This document shows, piece after piece, positions 57,582-64,000 of a stretch of 64,000 nt of DNA. The notes beneath the pieces were generated by a model. The model saw only the letters and a program-made list of their open reading frames with translations, made no database searches and was not told where the DNA came from. The translations under genes and the position numbers were made by a program. The number at the start of each line of letters is the position of its first letter. Positions within the stretch are counted from its first letter, which is position 1. This stretch comes from a virus. The stretch spans positions 5,687 through 69,686 of the IMG/VR virus record IMGVR_UViG_3300037156_000148. One strand, given 5' to 3'.

Positions 57582-58210
57582 GCTTCCATTTTTGAGGCTA
57601 TCCTATCTCCTGCCGCCTGCATACGATTAAAGTTTTCGATGATCGAATCCTCCTGTCTTGCACAGATACTTACTATTTCCCTGCCAAGATCATCCGGCTG
57701 CTCAAAGATAGCCAATGGTGCTGCAACTAAATCTACATACTTTGGTTGCCTCACATATAGCCCCTCAATCTTTGTCGGCACTGTATCGCTATTAACCAAG
57801 AATATAGTACCGCTTACAACGGTTGCTGTCTGTACAAAAGTAGGCTCTCGGTCTGTGCCCTTATTGAATGGATCTTGCTGCAAAACGTCTACCCTGTTAT
57901 TCTGTACAGGTCTGCAACTGCGACCATCAGGATATTTAGGTGTTGTCACCTTTACCCTTGCCTCGTACCTTACATCTGGTGCTATGCTTGAAATAATAAC
58001 CTGTCGGCTATTGAGTGCTTCAAACGGTTGTAAAAGAACGCGAATCTTGTACTTATTTTCCGAATCCATCTCAAACCGCTTCCAAAGGAGCCTCACCCAT
58101 ATGTCATAGGACATATTGAATATCTGAGTGAACTCCGCCTCATTGAACCAAGGGCTTCCTGTCTTGTCGTACAGGATATTGCCGAAATCGAATAGCTCTT
58201 GGGCGGTCAT
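57578..58210 (-). CDS. Tail ring/adaptor protein
   Basis: MTAQEL..F..LYDK..E..IFN; DPFNK; YVRQP; EIVSIC. Confidence 0.65.
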   Translation of the reverse strand: MTAQELFDFGNILYDKTGSPWFNEAEFTQIFNMSYDIWVRLLWKRFEMDSENKYKIRVLLQPFEALNSRQVIISSIAPDVRYEARVKVTTPKYPDGRSCRPVQNNRVDVLQQDPFNKGTDREPTFVQTATVVSGTIFLVNSDTVPTKIEGLYVRQPKYVDLVAAPLAIFEQPDDLGREIVSICARQEDSIIENFNRMQAAGDRIASKMEA

Positions 58211-58213
58211 TCA

Positions 58214-58945
58214 TTATTTTTTATCTTCGTCAAACACCTCTTTCATCTGTTGGTACTCGTCCTTATTGTCAGGATTTTTAATCCATAGGATCGCTTCGTC
58301 CATACTGCGGCCTACCATGATGGAGTTCCACATATACGTTCCCTTGTCATTCAGGTACAGTCCACTCTTTTCGTTTGCGTCACCCTTCTCAATATTGGCA
58401 TAGTATATGTCAACAAGGTTTTTAGATGGGCTAGTAAAGTACTCTGTCAGCTTTACCAATGTAGCCGGACTTTTACACATCTCATACAGTCCTGCCAATA
58501 CCTGATTCTCTGATCCGATTATCCCTAATGCCCTTGCAGCCCTTTTGATGTCCAACGACTTCCCTTTCAGGTTAGCCACAACACCCGCCATATTCATTTC
58601 GTTCTCATTGCTTTGAAGATATGATATAGCATCTGCTTCGGGGTCAAGCCACTGGAAACGGGACTTGCCATGATTATGGAGTGTTTTCAGCGTAGGGTCA
58701 TGATGTAGTATCTCATACAATGCCTTGTGTTCGGGGTCGTCCATGTTCAATGTCGCCCCCACGCCTGGGATATGAATCACCTGAAACCGTAGCTTCATGT
58801 CAGGGTCGTCTTTTATGTGTTTAGGCAGGGATGGTGCAAAAGCACCTGTATTCCCGTAAACACCTAGTTCACGCCCGTTCATAAATTGTTTCCTCGGCTT
58901 TAAAATCCTGATATGAGGCATTGCCGCTGTTTGTACACTTTCCAT
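58214..58945 (-). CDS. Hypothetical structural-module protein following the MCP
   Basis: Synteny with crAss-like head module. Confidence 0.55.
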   Translation of the reverse strand: MESVQTAAMPHIRILKPRKQFMNGRELGVYGNTGAFAPSLPKHIKDDPDMKLRFQVIHIPGVGATLNMDDPEHKALYEILHHDPTLKTLHNHGKSRFQWLDPEADAISYLQSNENEMNMAGVVANLKGKSLDIKRAARALGIIGSENQVLAGLYEMCKSPATLVKLTEYFTSPSKNLVDIYYANIEKGDANEKSGLYLNDKGTYMWNSIMVGRSMDEAILWIKNPDNKDEYQQMKEVFDEDKK

Positions 58946-58970
58946 AAAATATATCTGTTTTTGTTTTTAA

Positions 58971-60437
58971 TTACACACCATAGAATCTGAGCAGCTTGGA
59001 TGGATCAGGCACGATAAACATATACTCCGTAGAGATATACATTTGGTATCCTCTTCCACCGTTGTTCGCTATCAGGCTGTTTGCATTGGTAGGGTCAACG
59101 AGGCCCGGAGTATATTTGAATATCCATCCGAGATTCACATCGTTATCCGACCTCATAAAGAGTTGGATAGGCGCGCCACCAGTTACCAGTTTCTCCGGCA
59201 TCACCAGTATCTGATATGATGCTTTAGGTACAAGTGTACCGTTGTACTGAAATGCGTTCATACCGAGATCATCCCACTGCGCGTTCTTGTGCAGTCTGAT
59301 ATGGAAACCGCCAAACTCATATTCGGTAGGTATAGTACCACCCTTGATGTTTTTGTCGTCCTTATCCCTGTTAAACAGTTGGATAGGCAGGTTTCCGATG
59401 CTCACCTGATACTTCTGTATCGTCTGTGTCATCAGTTGATATGACTTCGTGCCTACGATCATATCCAAGTAGATATTATCTGAGGATATGGCGTTTATGA
59501 CAGCCCATGAGCTTATCGTATCGGACATGAAATCGTAGAATGCCTGATTGGTTGCCACAGCGAATGCGGCTGCGATGTTGAAGGTATAGAAGTTGCCTGT
59601 GGCAATCTGCTCCCATACACCGCTACCTGTTGTGACCGTATTGCCTGCGGGGTCAGTGTTACCTGATGCACCCGTAGTCATGTTCGTGTTGCCTGTCCAT
59701 CCTGATCCTTCGAGGGATTTCAAAGCCTGTACACGGAGTTGTCTTTCTTCTTCTGTGATATAGAAGTCCGTACCTTCCATATTGAACCACACCGGAGTTG
59801 TTGCGCCTACGCCTGTCACTGTCTGAGTGAAGGTGAAGGTTGTGGTGAAGTTGGTGAACAGGTCAGGATACAGCACAGGGACGTTTGCCGCTTGGAAGCT
59901 GTATGCTGCCATTGCGCCTGCTTGCCATGAAGCGGGTGCGCCAGGTTGTGCTATTGCGGGATTGAGTGTTGCAGTTGGTGGGCCTACTACCTGTGCGGTA
60001 TAGTTGAAGTTACCCGCAGATGGTGTCGGGCCTGTTTCAATGAGCAGGGAGGTTGATCCACCTGCGCCATCTTCATACACAACGGTCATACCCGGAGACA
60101 GCCAGTTTTGTGCAAACTGAATGGTTATGGGTACGTTGTTCAGACCTGTACCTGATGGTGCGGCTGTGGTAGATACCGTTTGGCGATACCTGCCCATCCG
60201 CGCCCACTCCATGTAGTTCCGGCTGATGGTGTTGACCGTGAGGCCACGCGATTTGAAAATGTCAGTATTGTTTACGACAGCATCCCCTAGTGTGTATTTC
60301 AATAGGAAAAGTTGCTCTTCGTCAGCCAATAGCCTGAACATATTGGCGTGAATACTTGGGTACGCTACGTTGAATTGCGCGAGAGTAGCTTCCGATAGTG
60401 CGCTAGGCAGTAACGCCCCTGTTTGTGTTTGTGCCAT
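58971..60437 (-). CDS. Major capsid protein
   Basis: 488 aa downstream of portal and scaffold; GSGVWEQI and TEYEFGGFHIRLHKN..DD motifs. Confidence 0.75.
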   Translation of the reverse strand: MAQTQTGALLPSALSEATLAQFNVAYPSIHANMFRLLADEEQLFLLKYTLGDAVVNNTDIFKSRGLTVNTISRNYMEWARMGRYRQTVSTTAAPSGTGLNNVPITIQFAQNWLSPGMTVVYEDGAGGSTSLLIETGPTPSAGNFNYTAQVVGPPTATLNPAIAQPGAPASWQAGAMAAYSFQAANVPVLYPDLFTNFTTTFTFTQTVTGVGATTPVWFNMEGTDFYITEEERQLRVQALKSLEGSGWTGNTNMTTGASGNTDPAGNTVTTGSGVWEQIATGNFYTFNIAAAFAVATNQAFYDFMSDTISSWAVINAISSDNIYLDMIVGTKSYQLMTQTIQKYQVSIGNLPIQLFNRDKDDKNIKGGTIPTEYEFGGFHIRLHKNAQWDDLGMNAFQYNGTLVPKASYQILVMPEKLVTGGAPIQLFMRSDNDVNLGWIFKYTPGLVDPTNANSLIANNGGRGYQMYISTEYMFIVPDPSKLLRFYGV

Positions 60438-60505
60438 TTGTATGGAGATTATTTTTTTTAAATTTCTCTACACAATCAACACAACACTATCTAAATCGGA
60501 ATATC

Positions 60506-61429
60506 TTATTTTCTTATGGGGCCTTCGCCGCGTGGATATTTTTTGAGTTCACCGCTACCTGTTTGTACGGCTCCTGCTGTCGGTCCGCCTGTTGGTATTT
60601 GTTTAGCGGGAAGAGTAGCCGCAGGCTTTTTAGGCTGCCTGAGATTCTTTTCTATAAGTCCCCTCTGTTTCAAAAACACAGCAAATTCAAGGCGACTTTT
60701 TGGGTCAGCCATAGCTTTGTCAAAATCACCACTCTCGATAAATTGCCTTACCGGTTTTTCAAACTTCTCTGCAAAACTTGCATTTGTCTTATCCAACTTA
60801 AAGCCAAACACCTCGTCCAATTTATCAAATTCAGCGAGGGTATTCTTTTTCAGGTCGGGATCAACTTTTGATGCGTTCTTTACTTTCTCGCGCGCCTCTG
60901 TGATCGCGGTACGCTTTTTACCTATTTCCTGATCGGTATAGGTTTTGATGTTGGCGCGTATCTTTCTTGCTTCGTCCTCGATAGCATACTTGTTTCCTTC
61001 TTTCAGGTCTTTGATCTTCTCGTTTGCCTTTGTTGCGGCATCTTCTTTAGATAGGCCGTCAAATTGCTCATACTGATATGCGAAGGAATTGAAAACCAGT
61101 TCATCATTGCTTTTAGAAAGCAGTGACCGGTTCCTTACTATATTTTCATCTGAATCAATGTCGTAGATAGAAGCAGCCGCTATTTCAAGGTCTGCATTAC
61201 GTGCCTCCAATTCTTTATTGCGCTGATATGCGCTCTTTGTTCTTTCGGAGAAGTTAGTTTCATTTATCTCAGGATCGAAATCTCTGAATTGAGAGTAGTC
61301 GAACGGAGATGTTTTTGTAGTGTCGCCACCACCTGCGGGAGCATTAACTACCACGGTGGATTCTACCTCACCTAAGTCAAGGTCTAAAACCTGACCGCCA
61401 CCTTGTTCGTCTTTATTAAATACCTTCAT
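60506..61429 (-). CDS. Putative scaffolding protein
   Basis: Charged coiled-coil protein between portal and MCP. Confidence 0.55.
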   Translation of the reverse strand: MKVFNKDEQGGGQVLDLDLGEVESTVVVNAPAGGGDTTKTSPFDYSQFRDFDPEINETNFSERTKSAYQRNKELEARNADLEIAAASIYDIDSDENIVRNRSLLSKSNDELVFNSFAYQYEQFDGLSKEDAATKANEKIKDLKEGNKYAIEDEARKIRANIKTYTDQEIGKKRTAITEAREKVKNASKVDPDLKKNTLAEFDKLDEVFGFKLDKTNASFAEKFEKPVRQFIESGDFDKAMADPKSRLEFAVFLKQRGLIEKNLRQPKKPAATLPAKQIPTGGPTAGAVQTGSGELKKYPRGEGPIRK

Positions 61430-61450
61430 ATTTTACTTTCGATTACAAAA

Positions 61451-63712
61451 TTAAACTTTTTCTTTAATTCCTAGTACATTTTCAAATATTTTTTCTTTAA
61501 TGCCCAAATCATGAGTTATTTCCTGTTTGTCCTGCTCATGTTTGAGTTTCATATTTGTGCGCTCTGTCTCCGCTATTTCGTGCGCTGCGGCTATTCTTTC
61601 CTTACTTGCGATCTCCTTATCAAGATTAGCCGACCTGGTTTCTTCTAGTTTTTGTTTGGCTGCCATAGCCCCCTGTTGTTTCTGTGCCTCTCCTTCGCGT
61701 ATCTTATCCTGATGCTGACGTAGCTGTACAGTCATCTTCTCGAATGTCTGCAACGCCTCTGTGCTACTGACTGAATTTGCCATCTTTATGATGCCCAATG
61801 CCATCATAGGGTCATCGGCTACGGAAAGGAATTGTTTAGCCATATCCATAATCATAGCCATCCTTTGATCGGACTTCACTGAGTTATTAACACTGATAAT
61901 GTGTTTATTGCTAGGGTCGAGGTCGCCTTTCTTGATTTTGTAGTACTCCATGCCATCAAGCCCCATTATTATCAGGTCTTTCTCCCTGCCCGCATAAGCC
62001 GCCTTTAGCATATCGGCAAGCCCCTGACCGAACATCTCATAGACTAAAAACCATTTATCGAATGTAGCCTGCTGAGATAGTTGCGCCTGCATCATGGAAT
62101 TTTGCGTTGCCCCTACTGTCTGCTCTGATTTCACCATGCCTACTGCCGTCTCATTGCTACCAATGAGTTCCAGTATCATTTGTTTGAGCATACCGACCAT
62201 CCTGAATAGATCACCAAAAGCCGACGACATACCCATGTCTCTCATTTTTATACCTCCACTGCCTCCCGGCTGACTTCCCATGTATGACTCTTCCTTGCTG
62301 CTATCTACCGTCATGATACCGTGAGCCATCATGTTATAGAAGTTGTTGGGATTGTTATCCGAATCAGCTTGGTCAATGACGATTATATTTCCCTTGACCT
62401 GTGCCATCAGCCTCTCCATTGTGTATATCACTTCGGTAAGCAATCTCTGTGGGGACATAAGCATCTGCACCGAGGATGGCACAAAGTCTACAAACCCAAT
62501 GATAGGCAGGTTTTCATGACCTTCCATTTCTTCGGTCTTATAATGGAATAGGTCGGCAATTTTTATATCTCTCCATACTATATCAGGGCGAGGTTCTTCA
62601 CTGAAATATTCGCCTTCTTCTTCATTGGGTTGCCTATCATCTCCGTCCTCAATCCAATCTACGAAAGGATTGTCCTTGTCCAAAAGGTTTGGTGTGACAA
62701 TGGCTTTTTGCATTTTGATGCCCCTGAAATAGTTGAAGAAAACCATTAGCCTATCAGGAGAGTAATTTCCCCATACATCATTCCCTGCTTTTTGAAACCA
62801 CCATTTCTGCCACTCCGGCATCTGTTCCCACGCAGTCCATGTTCCTGCCGCGAAAGATTTTAGCCTTTCATCTATTTCTTTTATCTGAGCCTTGTCTAAT
62901 CCTGGGCAGTGTTGCAATATTTCATTGGAGGTAAGCATACACCAATACCCTGCACGATTTCCATGTTGTAAAAAAGGAGAGTTCAGGTCTTTGTTGTATA
63001 TAAGCTGTGATGATGGGATTGGATTTATATCAGGATTTCCTTTCCTGATACACAGTTCCCCCGCACATTTCCCGTTGCATAGGTAATTGAATAATACCTG
63101 ATGTATGAGTTTGTGAAGTAAAAACATATCCTTATTGCTCATGAGCGCAGCCAATCCTTTGGTGATAGCTATTTCGCTGTCGGCTTGCTCGGTAGTAAAC
63201 TTTGTGTTCATTACCTTTTCAATATCCACAGGCTGTACGTCATCCCCCTTTTCAATCGGACCTCCCGCCTGTTGTGATATTTTCGCCTGCTGCCGTACAT
63301 ATCTTGTCAGGTCATCTGCTGCCTTCTCGGCTATGTCATTGAGCTTGCTTATGATACTTTCTTCATCGGCTATGCTTGCTATAAATTTATTGTCTGCCGA
63401 CAGGGCGCGTGAAACCATTTTTTGTACATGGGATAAAATGTAGTTAAACTTTCCTATGACCGCAGGAAGCTCTAACTTCTCCCCGTCTTTGCCTTCACCT
63501 ACGTGCATACTTGTGATATGCTCAAATTCACTTAGCGGTATGTTTCCAAGTGCGTACAGTATAGGTAGTACATCTTGCTCATAGTTATAGCACCAAAAAG
63601 CCGACCTTGCCATAAAGTCACTTGTTTGATGCGCCCATGCTTCCCTCTCTTTTGGGTCTTCGGGGATTATATTCCCCGGCTTATTGATGTATCCCATTCC
63701 TTCTGCTATCAT
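61451..63712 (-). CDS. Portal protein
   Basis: 753 aa directly after TerL; LIGSNETAVG..TVGATQNSMMQA, C-terminal coiled coil. Confidence 0.75.
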   Translation of the reverse strand: MIAEGMGYINKPGNIIPEDPKEREAWAHQTSDFMARSAFWCYNYEQDVLPILYALGNIPLSEFEHITSMHVGEGKDGEKLELPAVIGKFNYILSHVQKMVSRALSADNKFIASIADEESIISKLNDIAEKAADDLTRYVRQQAKISQQAGGPIEKGDDVQPVDIEKVMNTKFTTEQADSEIAITKGLAALMSNKDMFLLHKLIHQVLFNYLCNGKCAGELCIRKGNPDINPIPSSQLIYNKDLNSPFLQHGNRAGYWCMLTSNEILQHCPGLDKAQIKEIDERLKSFAAGTWTAWEQMPEWQKWWFQKAGNDVWGNYSPDRLMVFFNYFRGIKMQKAIVTPNLLDKDNPFVDWIEDGDDRQPNEEEGEYFSEEPRPDIVWRDIKIADLFHYKTEEMEGHENLPIIGFVDFVPSSVQMLMSPQRLLTEVIYTMERLMAQVKGNIIVIDQADSDNNPNNFYNMMAHGIMTVDSSKEESYMGSQPGGSGGIKMRDMGMSSAFGDLFRMVGMLKQMILELIGSNETAVGMVKSEQTVGATQNSMMQAQLSQQATFDKWFLVYEMFGQGLADMLKAAYAGREKDLIIMGLDGMEYYKIKKGDLDPSNKHIISVNNSVKSDQRMAMIMDMAKQFLSVADDPMMALGIIKMANSVSSTEALQTFEKMTVQLRQHQDKIREGEAQKQQGAMAAKQKLEETRSANLDKEIASKERIAAAHEIAETERTNMKLKHEQDKQEITHDLGIKEKIFENVLGIKEKV

Positions 63713-64000
63713 AATGCTTTTTTATATTTTTGGGGATTAAGTGCTATGTCCATTTTTCTTGTATTGACTGTTACGCGCTTGCCTCCTATGTTGGCTATGT
63801 AGGAAACAAATAAAGGCTCTCGTGCCACTGCGCGGGGCTTATGCGTTACCGCATCCAGTGCGTGTACGGTTGACCATACATATGCCATACCTAAGTCAAT
63901 ATTTTTTACGGTATAGTTTAAGAGGTCATCCAAGACTTCGACAAAAACTTCATTCTCCCATGTCTTATTAAATTCCGCTATGGCAACCTCTATCGCTTTC
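63709..64000 (-). CDS. terL: Terminase large subunit, C-terminal end (partial)
   Basis: Frame open to the right edge: ..VLDDLLNYTVKNIDLGMAYVWSTVH resembles the final nuclease-domain Asp motif; ATGA overlap with portal. Confidence 0.6.
   Translation of the reverse strand, partial: KAIEVAIAEFNKTWENEVFVEVLDDLLNYTVKNIDLGMAYVWSTVHALDAVTHKPRAVAREPLFVSYIANIGGKRVTVNTRKMDIALNPQKYKKAL

Noticed and set aside
27341-64000. Stop-codon reassignment
   Set aside because: Long, tightly coupled ORFs under the standard code.
1-64000. Integrase, att sites, canonical tRNA or rRNA genes
   Set aside because: None recognisable; prophage versus free phage cannot be decided from this window.

Overview
The window is almost entirely one Bacteroidota-infecting phage genome or prophage; no integrase or att site is visible. 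Host assignment rests on repeated TTTG-N19-TAnnTTTG promoters and Q-rule signal peptides. Right half (~27.3-64 kb, minus strand): a Crassvirales-like podovirus morphogenesis operon (TerL C-terminus, portal, scaffold, major capsid, ring proteins, 1433-aa stabilization protein, four large cargo proteins, tail fibres, lysis genes). No virion RNA polymerase motif is evident. Middle (~11.4-25.4 kb): a lambdoid-style replication/recombination block (initiator, DnaB, SMC-like ATPase, RecT, MBL hydrolase, VRR-NUC). The non-structural part is littered with IS1595-family ends and cargo: a complete TIR-bounded element with a type II R-M system and KilA-N, a fused type IIG-like R-M gene, an IR-flanked orphan Dam, and truncated P63C, ImmA, DinD and transposase fragments. 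Most notable: (1) four consecutive tail-fibre-like genes with Sec signal peptides; (2) a PurD-like ATP-grasp ligase plus a coupled 34-aa acidic peptide between two virion cargo genes; (3) IS1595-end cassettes that repeatedly carry DNA methylation or restriction genes. All family calls come from motif recognition by eye, not database searches.
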